NCBI GenBank assembly: GCA_046758445.1
Contig: JBHIAE010000008.1
Span: 1-64,000, forward strand
Length of the DNA: 64,000 nt
Source: Candidatus Thorarchaeota archaeon
GTDB taxonomy: Archaea; Asgardarchaeota; Thorarchaeia; Thorarchaeales; Thorarchaeaceae
Direction: 5' to 3'
Positions within the stretch are counted from its first letter, which is position 1. Every line of letters starts with the position of its first letter. The translations under genes and the position numbers were made by a program. Below are positions 36,928 to 46,369 of the stretch, piece by piece. The notes below the pieces were generated by a model. That model was not told the origin of the DNA, did not search any database, and saw only the letters and a list, made by a program, of their open reading frames with translations.

Positions 36928-39123
36928 TCACGAAACAGCATAGCTTTCCTGGAGCTGCGCGGCACCAAGAGGAGAAGTATAGATACGACGTGCTCTGAAT
37001 GGCATGAATGGTATGCCTCCAGCGTGGAAGAACTTCGAGAACCACTCAACGTATGTTAATCTCAAGGTGTGCATGAAGGCAAGCAGCCCTTCAAGGATAC
37101 CAACAATGAAGGTGCCAATGATTGCTCCCAATAGGGGCAAATGTGCATAAGTTGGTGCCATCGGGTCGTGTGAGTGAATCTCATGCGGGATGAACTCGAT
37201 TCCGAATAAGTTGAGTTCAGGGAACGGAATATAGGAAATTGCCGGGATTAGTGTGAAGAAGACACCACTCAAGATGACATGGACTGTATTCAGTGCAAAG
37301 ATACGGGCATAGCTGACAGTGTGGCTGATCATACCTATTCCGTACTCAAGGAATAGTACAACACCATCCATTCCACCTTTGAACGAAGCCAGGGCCATTA
37401 TCACAAGTGGAACGATGAATGTAGTCAGCGAAAACAATAGAGGACTGACTGGAATCGCGGGATAAATGCCATTATTGCCAGTGCCGTATCCAATCCCAGC
37501 AATGGGGACCCACAAGTTCACCTGGCCAGTTGGATTGAACCATTCATTGACACTGCTGTAGCTGACACCAAAGAGTAGATTGATGAAGCCATAGTACAGG
37601 ATTAAGTACGAAACCCCTACGACCGTATCACGTCGCTCATGGTGTTTGATCTTGTTGTATATGTTCAAAAGTATACCCAATATGATGTGGATGGCACCAA
37701 TCTCGATTGACAACTTCAGCATGTGAGCTGCTCTGTATGGATTCGCAATCATGTGCCCATGACCGTCATCAATGTAGTGTGCAAACGTCGGCCACAAGGG
37801 TTCAAAGATGGTTTCAGCGCCGAAAAAGCTGCCAAATAGAAACCCACCTAATATGGCGAACAGCCCCATCATTATGAGGCCCTCTGCTCCCGCCTGAACA
37901 TACCCCATTATCTGGCCCCAGTCGTGACCCTTCCTATTCGCGCGCCGAGCTGCCAAGCCTATCAATAGTATCAAGAAGCCTTGTCCGATATCAGCGAACA
38001 CGAATCCGAATATCAGAGGAAATGCAAGAAACACTATCTTCGTTGGGTCTAGGTCGTGCCTTGAAGGCGTCCCAAAAGCACTCACGATACCCTCAGTAGG
38101 CTTCATGAAAGACGGATTATCCAGGTATGTGGGCGCTTCGTATTCTGCAAAGTCAGGATGTTCGAATCTGATGTCAACAACTGCGCCGGTCTTCTCCTGC
38201 AATTTGTACTCAAACTCTTCCTCTGTCCCTTCTGGTATCCATCCCCACGCCTTGACTGACTGCTCCGTATAGACAAGGAACTTCTTCATCTCGATACGCT
38301 GCTTCTCAATCTCAACAATCTCCCATGCGGCGAGCACTCTGGGACCCCACTCTTTGGCGATAGCTGACTTTCGGACCTCAAGCCGTGAGGCTTCCTCCTC
38401 CAGCTCGGCAACTCTCTTCTCCGCCGCCTCTGCAACAGCCTCCGGCCTTCCCTCGGCTTCTTCGGGCATGGTGAACGCCTCAAACTCCATTGCGGACAGG
38501 ATACGTTCGACAGCGTCACGTCTCTCTATGGGCACGCTAGCACTTGCTACAGATACTCCCCTCTTCATCGGGATATGCTTGAACGCGTATGCTCCTTCCG
38601 TGACCTCCTTCAGACTCCACTCCAGTTGTGAAACTCTTCCTGCTGGCACAACTCCTGCCACTGTGAAGGTATACTTGGTGGCACCAATGCGGCTCGGGTC
38701 TAGGCCCAGTGGTTTCAGGGAAATTGCAACGTCTCTAATCGCTCTCTGCTTGTTTAGCTCCAGTTGCGTCACGGAAGTTTCAGAATCAATCTCCAAGACC
38801 TCTGGCTCCACCGAACCGATGACTTCGGTTATGTGTGCAAGAGACCTCGAAACCTCGCTATCGTCGACTTCTACTCTGATACCTGTTCCTCGTCCAGGCT
38901 CTAGGCCCAAGGAGTCAACGACCTTTGCCAACCGATCAGACGCGACAAATACGGTTTCTTCATCTTGAAATCGCTTGACTTCAACTATGGAAGCTTGGCG
39001 TGTCACGTCAATGAATTCAAATCGCCCAAACTCCTCAAGAGCGAGCAAGACCTCTCTCTCGTAGTCTCGATGTGACACTACTCTAGCGACGACCATCTCT
39101 GTGGGGCTTATTCGAGGGCCCAT
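36928..39123 (-). CDS. atpI: A/V-type ATP synthase subunit I (a)
   Basis: PTYLDNP, DPT, FGFVFADIGQG, SHTVSYARIFAL, HTLRLTYVEWFSKFF. Confidence 0.96.
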   Translation of the reverse strand: MGPRISPTEMVVARVVSHRDYEREVLLALEEFGRFEFIDVTRQASIVEVKRFQDEETVFVASDRLAKVVDSLGLEPGRGTGIRVEVDDSEVSRSLAHITEVIGSVEPEVLEIDSETSVTQLELNKQRAIRDVAISLKPLGLDPSRIGATKYTFTVAGVVPAGRVSQLEWSLKEVTEGAYAFKHIPMKRGVSVASASVPIERRDAVERILSAMEFEAFTMPEEAEGRPEAVAEAAEKRVAELEEEASRLEVRKSAIAKEWGPRVLAAWEIVEIEKQRIEMKKFLVYTEQSVKAWGWIPEGTEEEFEYKLQEKTGAVVDIRFEHPDFAEYEAPTYLDNPSFMKPTEGIVSAFGTPSRHDLDPTKIVFLAFPLIFGFVFADIGQGFLILLIGLAARRANRKGHDWGQIMGYVQAGAEGLIMMGLFAILGGFLFGSFFGAETIFEPLWPTFAHYIDDGHGHMIANPYRAAHMLKLSIEIGAIHIILGILLNIYNKIKHHERRDTVVGVSYLILYYGFINLLFGVSYSSVNEWFNPTGQVNLWVPIAGIGYGTGNNGIYPAIPVSPLLFSLTTFIVPLVIMALASFKGGMDGVVLFLEYGIGMISHTVSYARIFALNTVHVILSGVFFTLIPAISYIPFPELNLFGIEFIPHEIHSHDPMAPTYAHLPLLGAIIGTFIVGILEGLLAFMHTLRLTYVEWFSKFFHAGGIPFMPFRARRIYTSPLGAAQLQESYAVS

Positions 39124-39316
39124 GAAGCTTCACCTTTGGAATAGAGCAGGGCTGACTCGCATGGAGAAAAGCCCGTTGGATTGGGCCAAGGGATGCCAAA
39201 GATAAACATTGTGAAATGAGTTCGTGTCCAGCTCATTCCATCGAGTGCAAAGGTGAATGTTTAAGAAGGGCATGGATTTGCCTTGGACAGCCTGCGATAC
39301 TCAGAGGTTTACAGCG

Positions 39317-39640
39317 ATGTGTGCGGCTCTAGACGAGATCGATCAGATACATGAAGCTGAGGAAGCTGCGAAGAAACGAATTGCAGATGCAGAAGACATG
39401 GCGAAACAGATCAAGGAAGACGCTGAGAAAGAGGCCAAGAGAATAAAAGACAAGGCTGAGAAAGAGGCCAGAATGGCTGCACAACGCTCAAAGGACGGTC
39501 TGAACGAGAAACGGACGAAGATAGAATCCAAGATCTTGAAAGACGCCGAGAAGACTGTGAAGGAGATAGAGGAATCAGCCCGCGGTGAAGTGAAAAAGGC
39601 AGTCAAGATTGCGTACAGGATGATAGCAGGGGAGGAGTGA
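39317..39640 (+). CDS. atpH: A/V-type ATP synthase subunit H (G)
   Basis: ALDEIDQIHEAEEAAKKRIADAE, charged coiled coil; coupled to atpE. Confidence 0.82.
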   Translation: MCAALDEIDQIHEAEEAAKKRIADAEDMAKQIKEDAEKEAKRIKDKAEKEARMAAQRSKDGLNEKRTKIESKILKDAEKTVKEIEESARGEVKKAVKIAYRMIAGEE

Positions 39641-39644
39641 CATT

Positions 39645-40271
39645 ATGGAGGGAGTTTCCAACATCATTGAGATAATCGAGAAGAAGACGAGTACTGAAAC
39701 AGAACGGATCAAGGCCGAGGCTGAGGAGTTTAGGGCAGAGCGCCTGGAAACAGCTAAGGAACGGGCTAAAGCAATTGAAGATGAGATAGCAGGCAAGGCA
39801 CAACGCGAGGCAGACGCCGAAGTAGCAAGGTACGAGGCGAGTGCAAAGCTGAAGGCAAAGTATCGAATTCTGGAGAGCAAAGAAGCGCTGATGAAAGAAG
39901 TCCTTGACGCGGCATGGGATGAAATCACGAAGAGCGTCCTGGACAAATCCTATGACAAGACGGTCACAAGACTGGCAGTAGACGGTGGAGTATCACTTGA
40001 AGAGGATAACATTGAGCTTGTCCTCCCGGAGGGTCATAAGTTCAAACTTGACACGGCCGCAATTGCAGGTGCGATCTCTAAGGCGACTGGAGTGAAGACG
40101 TCGGTCAGTATCTCAAAGGATGTAACAAGGGCTACTGGTGGCGTGATAGTTAGATCCAAGGATGGTACAAAGTGGGTCGACAATACATTTGAGGCCAGAC
40201 TAGAACGACTTGAAGCAAAGATACGCGACCAAGTTTCTTCAACCTTGTTTGGTACAGATAGTTCCGAGTAG
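39645..40271 (+). CDS. atpE: A/V-type ATP synthase subunit E
   Basis: Coiled coil, then GGVIVRSKDG..VDNTFEARL. Confidence 0.93.
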   Translation: MEGVSNIIEIIEKKTSTETERIKAEAEEFRAERLETAKERAKAIEDEIAGKAQREADAEVARYEASAKLKAKYRILESKEALMKEVLDAAWDEITKSVLDKSYDKTVTRLAVDGGVSLEEDNIELVLPEGHKFKLDTAAIAGAISKATGVKTSVSISKDVTRATGGVIVRSKDGTKWVDNTFEARLERLEAKIRDQVSSTLFGTDSSE

Positions 40272-40276
40272 AGAGA

Positions 40277-40316
40277 ACGGGAGAATCCCGTCCATTCTCC
40301 ACTTCAAATGTGGAGA
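40277..40316. terminator. Two short hairpins between the convergent atpE and atpK genes
   Basis: ACGGGA-GAA-TCCCGT and TCTCCAC-N7-GTGGAGA. Confidence 0.4.
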
Positions 40317-40318
40317 TT

Positions 40319-40729
40319 TCAGCCAATCAGGCTTGGAACATATCCGATTAGCAGGAATGCAATGACGAAACCGTAGATGGCAACAGCCTCAATGAACACG
40401 ACATAGAGAATACTCTTGCCGAAAGTCTCTGGTTTCTCGGTGATCGCCCCGAGTGCCGCAGCAGATGCCGTACCCATGCCCAAGGATGCCCCGATACCTG
40501 CAAGGCCTATGGCAAGGCCTGCACCGATGGCAAGGCCGAGTATAGCCATACCGTTGCCTTCTGTCACTTGCAACGGAGCAAAACCACCATTAGAAATCGT
40601 ACCAAGTGCTCTCACAGTTGCGGGAATGTTGAACAGTACAACAAGAAACACCAGTGCACCCATTATGAGCATGAAAAGACTGCTTGTCCTCGTGTCTATC
40701 TTCACTGAATAATGTCCTCCAATTACCAA
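40319..40729 (-). CDS. atpK: A/V-type ATP synthase subunit K (c, proteolipid) with N-terminal extension
   Basis: GAGLAIGLAGIGASLGMG, EKPE, FIEAVAIYG. Confidence 0.93.
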   Translation of the reverse strand: MVIGGHYSVKIDTRTSSLFMLIMGALVFLVVLFNIPATVRALGTISNGGFAPLQVTEGNGMAILGLAIGAGLAIGLAGIGASLGMGTASAAALGAITEKPETFGKSILYVVFIEAVAIYGFVIAFLLIGYVPSLIG

Positions 40730-41161
40730 ATTGATATCATTCGTCTGATGTCTTTTGGGAGAATATCCCCTTTCTAAAGGTTACTGATTGACCCCGGCAG
40801 AAACACCCACTGAACGCCATTCACCGCGAACAAGTACGTCAGCATGTGGTGATTCGGGACTGTGATAAGAAACTGTCAGACAGAAACGGCGTCAGTCCGT
40901 AGGTCGATTCGAGAACTTCGGACGCCGTAGTGAGTTCCTGCCGGTCTTCGCTTCTTTCCAGAGTGGAGCTCCTCGGTGTCCAAGGCGGCCAGGTGAAGTA
41001 ATACCTAACAGTCTTTACATGACTCACTGCTCTGTCAAGAAATGGCATACATGATATCCGTCTTCGCACGAAAACCTCTCATTGTCACTCGAACAAGGCC
41101 GCACCAAACTCAGGTCTAGTGACTTTCAATTCTATTCAAGTCTCATACAGCGTTTCGAAAC

Positions 41162-42226
41162 CTACCAGATCGTAATCATTCTCCTGATATTCTCAGGCGA
41201 CTCCCCTCTCTCAAGTCCCACCGCAATGGACCGGATATTGCGAATCTCGTAATACTTGAGACTGAAGAAGCCCAAGACGGTTCCAATGTGGAAAGGGAAC
41301 GCCGTGAGCTGGAGCATTACCCTCTTAGCGATGTAGTCCTCGATGACCAGCTCGACCTCTGAGAGATCATTAGTTTCCTCATACAGTCTAGCCAGTCTCC
41401 CCGCGAGTTGAGCATACCTAGTTGTTCCAAGTCGGTTCATGACCTCGCGCCAGTTTGCTCCAAGCTGAATGGACTCTAGTATTGACTCGGACTTGCGAGT
41501 GAAACGGACGAGAGATAGCTCGACCACTTTTGCCTCTAGCTGTAGAGCCAGTGCACGAATCATGGTGAGCATGTTCCTCAGGTCTACTCTTGCCTCCAGC
41601 ACATCCAGAACCCGGAGCTGATCATCCTTGGAGAAGTCCTCCAAAGCATCCAACACTGTTCGAAGATACCACTCTTCAACAGCCACCTCAAGAGGCGCAG
41701 TTGACTCAAACTCCTCGTATGCGGGGAACCTTGTTAGCAGAGCAATCTTCACTTCCCAGTAGGGCATGATGTCGATTACCTTTCTAACGGAGCCGGCGTC
41801 AACTAGGCGTTCGAACTCGCTGGCCTGTTCTGGAGATGTTGGTACGAGAAACCTTAGCACCTCTTCTCTATCGAGCTCAACATGAAGCCCTCGGATAATG
41901 GACTTGATGCTGTCCGCTAGGAACATGTTCATGTATGTTTCAGTGAAGTTTCGGACCTTTCCTGAGAGGGTCCTGATTAGCCTGTAGCTGACGTCTGCAA
42001 AGTCATTTGAGAGAGCAAGCCCCAATTCTGCAGGCTCTGGAACCGTCTGCGTGAACTGGCTCGAGATTATTGGACCGTAGTAGGTACTACCGAGTCCTCG
42101 TATGAAGTCTTCATAGGTGGCGGACTGCAGAAGTCTTTCGTAATCGCCGACTGTCAGGAATCGGGACTTCAGGCCTCGAATTCGTGCATTTATGTAGCCG
42201 TATTCATTGGCAGCCCGTGAGGACAT
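41162..42226 (-). CDS. atpC: A/V-type ATP synthase subunit C (d)
   Basis: YGYINARIRGLKSRFL, DLRN, KYYEIRNIRSIAVG; likely start MSSRAA at 42226. Confidence 0.92.
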   Translation of the reverse strand: MSSRAANEYGYINARIRGLKSRFLTVGDYERLLQSATYEDFIRGLGSTYYGPIISSQFTQTVPEPAELGLALSNDFADVSYRLIRTLSGKVRNFTETYMNMFLADSIKSIIRGLHVELDREEVLRFLVPTSPEQASEFERLVDAGSVRKVIDIMPYWEVKIALLTRFPAYEEFESTAPLEVAVEEWYLRTVLDALEDFSKDDQLRVLDVLEARVDLRNMLTMIRALALQLEAKVVELSLVRFTRKSESILESIQLGANWREVMNRLGTTRYAQLAGRLARLYEETNDLSEVELVIEDYIAKRVMLQLTAFPFHIGTVLGFFSLKYYEIRNIRSIAVGLERGESPENIRRMITIW

Positions 42227-42527
42227 CTTGAAACACCTTGATCTCCCATCTGCGGGGATTACGAGTTGTCTATGCAGTCGACATAAAAGGTTGACGAAGG
42301 GGAGAACGCACCGATAATGAACGGATGTGCTCATTTGGGTGCCTAGTCACTCTCCTCTTGGGTTAGTCATGTTATGAAACCAACGATTCATAGGATTTGC
42401 CAGATTGCAGAGAGCGAGCTCGGGAACTGCCGTGACTTGTCGGCAAATCACTCAGAGTAGCGGTGTCTGGCATGACCTTGGGAAGGTTCGAATTCAAGGG
42501 GTGGCCTAGACATCGAGATGTACGTAC

Positions 42528-43208
42528 TCAGTGTCGTTTCTTTCTGGGTCCCAAGTAGTTAGCAAGGGACAGTACAAAACTCTCCGTAGGCTCCATGGCC
42601 TCGGGAACAAGCTTCACAGAAACAAACACATGCGGCTCCCGATGAGCAATTGAGAGCCGAGTGAGATACGGCCTGACAGCTTCAGCGTCAATCCTGAATT
42701 GAGGACTACGGAAGAGATTCTCACTGGCCTCATGGTCAGACGCGACGACGTAGAACTGCTCAGTCAGATTCTCAATCTCTAGTTCACGAACACTTTCGGA
42801 GCGGTCCTTCAATGCTTCCTCAAGACGGTGTTGTTCCCTACGAGTGGCGAGTTCGAGGCCGAATGTTGGAGGTCTTCTGAGATTTGCTCTTATTTGGAGT
42901 TGATCAGTTCGGCCTCGAGCCCTGCAGTAGATCATATGGAACATGTTGGAACGGTCGAGCAATAAGACGGAAGTTTCAAGTTTCGAGAAAGGACCACTTG
43001 ATTTCTGATGAAAGGAGAATTTGGCTCCTGTATTACCAAGAAGTCTGACGCTGACCTTTGATGTAGTTGCTTGAAACCGAGTAGCGACATTCTGTGCGAC
43101 CTTATTGCGAAGTTTTGATGTGACCATGCGACCTATCATCCAAGTCCCGACTACAAAGATTGCCAAACCAGCTAGGAGAATATACCCAGTTTCAGAGATG
43201 TCCTGCAT
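42528..43208 (-). CDS. Single-pass membrane protein with resemblance to the CCDC47/DUF1682 core
   Basis: N-terminal TM ending in IG; [27 protein letters not shown]; see findings. Confidence 0.6.
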   Translation of the reverse strand: [226 protein letters not shown]

Positions 43209-43334
43209 TACCTTCGACTCCCATTAGTGGTACATTGAACAGGCTGTTTCTTGTACAATATCCCCCCTTAAGGATATCCCAGAAGCACAAGCGATATAAC
43301 CCCGACGTGCGGTGAAGTCTGTGATGGAAGCATC

Positions 43335-43952
43335 ATGACGACTGACAGGCAGGTTGACGCTACACGTGAGATCTGCATCGAAGCATGGAACATGCTTTTT
43401 GGACGCGCAGTGTTTGCCTACATCTCACTGCCTGCAGCATGGGTAACAGGATATCAGATCAATGACCCCTTGGTCACCAATCGATTCCTCTACAAGAACC
43501 TCGTATGGGTTGGCTCAGGTGAGATTGAATGCCTCATCTCACGTGGGCATGGAATGGAGAAACGCCCCAATCTTGACTTCAGGTTTAAGGTGGTCGTAGA
43601 CCTACAGAAAGACGCTCTTGTTGCACCCAGTCCTGAGGACCTTCTCAATCGGCACGACGAGAAAGGCCACGAAGTACTAGAGCATGGGGAGCTGCATACG
43701 GGCGGCCATAGCGGAAGCTATGTGCTTTGGGCTTCATCCCGACCCCGCTTCGGAGTCTTTGGACGACCTCGTCTCAAAGCGCAGCTTTACGGCTATATAC
43801 CGTGTGACGAAACATCTCGGCTCGTAAAGGTTGTCTGGACCTCTCCATCTCCTAAGCTGATTCTCGAGCACTCAGGCGAGCTAATCACTTCGCTGACCTC
43901 CATGCTATGTCATGGACGCGAGATGCAACCTCACGAAGATGCCCTTCTCTAG
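43335..43952 (+). CDS. Hypothetical protein upstream of cstA
   Basis: 205-aa ORF, beta-rich pattern, GGHSG and IPCDETSR motifs. Confidence 0.75.
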   Translation: MTTDRQVDATREICIEAWNMLFGRAVFAYISLPAAWVTGYQINDPLVTNRFLYKNLVWVGSGEIECLISRGHGMEKRPNLDFRFKVVVDLQKDALVAPSPEDLLNRHDEKGHEVLEHGELHTGGHSGSYVLWASSRPRFGVFGRPRLKAQLYGYIPCDETSRLVKVVWTSPSPKLILEHSGELITSLTSMLCHGREMQPHEDALL

Positions 43953-44069
43953 TCGTGAACGTTACTGCCAACGATTCTCTCAGCTACACTCGCACACAAT
44001 GGCCAAGATTAAGGAAGATTCACCGGTACATTTAAGGTGAGGAAGGGGCATAATCTACGTTATCTGAAA

Positions 44070-44098
44070 CCGAGATTCCGAGGTTCTTGGAATCTCGG
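44070..44098 (+). promoter_or_regulatory. Strong inverted repeat in the cstA leader
   Basis: CCGAGATTCC-GAGGTTCTT-GGAATCTCGG with perfect 10-bp arms, between TTTAAG (about 44031) and the start codon. Confidence 0.6.
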
Positions 44099-44118
44099 CT
44101 TTGAAGGTGGTTAGGGTT

Positions 44119-45918
44119 TTGCAACAGTTTAGTCCTGCTATCTTTGTTGGTGTCGGACTAGTGATTTACATTTTCGGCTACTGGCTATATGCTAGGTATG
44201 TAGACCGCAATGTCTGGCAGCCCGACCCCAACGTAAAAACACCTGCGCACATGTATATGGATGGCGTAGAGTTCTTTCCGACCTCAAAGAGTGTACTGTT
44301 TGGGTTCCAGTTCAAGTCTATTGCTGCTCTCGGCCCCATTAGCGGACCGTTCATAGCACTAGTATTCGGCTGGTTACCTGCGTTCCTTTGGATCATCTTT
44401 GGTACGTTCTTCATCGGTTGGATTCACGACTACACGTCTGTCATGATTACAGTGCGCAGCGAGGGTGAGTCATTCGGTCCGATTGCATATCGGATGGTGG
44501 GCTCCCGAGGCCGCAAGGGTCTGATGGGTTTCATCATTTTCTACTTGATTCTAGTGATGTCAGTATTTGCCTACATCTGTGGAGCGTTCTTCAGAGCATT
44601 CCCACAGAGCATTGTCCCGACAATCTTCGTGATTGCTGGCGGGGCTGTGGCTGGAGTCATGATGTATCGAATGAAGATCAACATCGTCATATCGACCATT
44701 GTTGGATTGTTGTTCATGGTGGTCGGCATCTGGTTGGGACTTTGGCTCTTCTTAGCTCCCCCGGCCGGAATTGGGGCTCTTGCTTGGATCAGTGGTACTC
44801 CAATAGAATGGTGGATCATACTTGCTCTGGTTCTAGTATACTTTGGTGCGACATTGCCCATTACAGACTGGGCGCAGCCAGTTAACTACGTTGCTTTCTG
44901 GCCGTGCTTTGTGGCTGTGGTATTGATCATCGCTGGCGCCCTGCTGAGTCCTCTCACAATGGGACTCTATCCTGCAGAACCAGTTCTGGTCCAAATAGAT
45001 CCAGTCATCACGCTGTTTACAGAGGCAAACGGTCCGATTTGGCCGATTCTCTTTGTTGCAATTGCATGTGGTGCTGTTTCTGGGTGGCACAGCTTGGTGG
45101 GCAGCAGTGCAACAGGCAAGCAGATTGCATCTGAAGTGGATGCGCTTCCAGTTGCCGGAGGCTCAATGTTCGTCGAAGGTCTTCTAGCCATATCCGCCAT
45201 GTCAGCATATGTCGTGATTGCGCCAGCAGCTATCCAGGCTGCCTGGTTCCTAAACTTTCCAACAGGTGCAGCAATCCTCACGCAGGGGTTGTTCGGTGGA
45301 GCAGCGGTTTCAGGTGTGATTCTGGTTGCCTTCTTTGCGATGGTATTGGAGCTCTATGCCATCACGGTATTGCAGCTCATGCCTCGATTCTTCCGAATGG
45401 CAGCAGCTGATCTCGCTGGGACTTCATTCATCGCTCCCTTGTTCCGCAACAGATGGATTGGTGCACTAATTGGAATACTCATTGCGTTTGCTTTCGCGGC
45501 CACTGGAGCTTGGTACCACATCTGGATGTTGTTCGGCGGGAGCAACCAACTGCTCGCTGGACTGGCTCTCATGCTAGCTTCTGTCTACCTAGTCCGGACG
45601 AAGAGACCAACATACTACACTCTGATTCCAGCCCTTTTCATGATTGTGACATGCGAAGCAGCACTTGTCTGGGAAACCTGGATCTTCGTCAGTGCCCTAC
45701 TAACAACAGGCTACTTTGTTAGACCTGGTAGTTTGCTGGGCGATATGGCTGCTGCAGGCAACACCTTGCCAGCAGTCACACTGACATGGATATTCATTGG
45801 CATCTCTATCATACTCTTCTTCCTTGGATGGCTCGTCTTTGCAGACGCATGGGCTGCGTATCGTCGTGGTCCGGAGGTCGCCGAGCCTGAGATAAAAGTA
45901 GCAGCTCCCCCTCAGTAG
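44119..45918 (+). CDS. cstA: Carbon starvation CstA-family transporter (APC superfamily)
   Basis: TPAH..DGVEFFPT, LFGFQFKSIAALGPISGP, FGWLPA, IHDY, IACGAVSGWHSL, FGGSNQLLA; likely TTG at 44119 after GGTGG. Confidence 0.92.
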   Translation: MQQFSPAIFVGVGLVIYIFGYWLYARYVDRNVWQPDPNVKTPAHMYMDGVEFFPTSKSVLFGFQFKSIAALGPISGPFIALVFGWLPAFLWIIFGTFFIGWIHDYTSVMITVRSEGESFGPIAYRMVGSRGRKGLMGFIIFYLILVMSVFAYICGAFFRAFPQSIVPTIFVIAGGAVAGVMMYRMKINIVISTIVGLLFMVVGIWLGLWLFLAPPAGIGALAWISGTPIEWWIILALVLVYFGATLPITDWAQPVNYVAFWPCFVAVVLIIAGALLSPLTMGLYPAEPVLVQIDPVITLFTEANGPIWPILFVAIACGAVSGWHSLVGSSATGKQIASEVDALPVAGGSMFVEGLLAISAMSAYVVIAPAAIQAAWFLNFPTGAAILTQGLFGGAAVSGVILVAFFAMVLELYAITVLQLMPRFFRMAAADLAGTSFIAPLFRNRWIGALIGILIAFAFAATGAWYHIWMLFGGSNQLLAGLALMLASVYLVRTKRPTYYTLIPALFMIVTCEAALVWETWIFVSALLTTGYFVRPGSLLGDMAAAGNTLPAVTLTWIFIGISIILFFLGWLVFADAWAAYRRGPEVAEPEIKVAAPPQ

Positions 45919-45921
45919 ATT

Positions 45922-45958
45922 AGGAGTAGCCGCAAGGCTACCTCCTTCCCCTTTTTTT
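45922..45958 (+). terminator. Hairpin plus T-tract terminator-like element after cstA
   Basis: AGGAG-TAGCC-GCAA-GGCTA-C-CTCCT followed by T7. Confidence 0.65.
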
Positions 45959-46038
45959 GTGACGATGGATATGGCCCTTTCAAAACACTCATTTGCTTCG
46001 CTAGAAGAAATGAGGTAGACAGCGAAGGTGATCAACAG

Positions 46039-46299
46039 TTGAGGATATTCAAGGCAATCAAAAGAGCTCTGGAAGGGATCTGGGATGCACAGAAGGCGTC
46101 TCTCGCTGGACCACTTATCAAAGCCAAGACAGTCCATGATGATGCTATGATGTTCATAGTCTTGGGTGACCTACTTGGGTACCCATTTCAGTCAACATTC
46201 TACTCCCGGCTGTTGTTTACATATTGGCTTACAAGAATCCCTCCGTGGAAGCAGCGGCTCTTGAAGGAGCAAGATGTGCTGGCCAAGATGCACGAGTAG
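46039..46299 (+). CDS. Small CstA/ArsA-associated protein, paralogue 1 (cory-CC-star-like)
   Basis: DAMMFIVLGDLLGYP...FYSRLL...WKQRLLKEQD; GGTGA upstream. Confidence 0.75.
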   Translation: MRIFKAIKRALEGIWDAQKASLAGPLIKAKTVHDDAMMFIVLGDLLGYPFQSTFYSRLLFTYWLTRIPPWKQRLLKEQDVLAKMHE

Positions 46300-46369
46300 G
46301 CCATCTAGTCAGATTTAAACAAAAAGAGTTATAGGGCCCTAGCCTTCCAGACCCTTCAGGGATTACCGC

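Noticed and set aside
42470-42510. GGTTCGAAT resembling a tRNA T-loop
   Set aside because: The flanks do not form a 5-bp T stem, and no acceptor, D or anticodon arms can be built.
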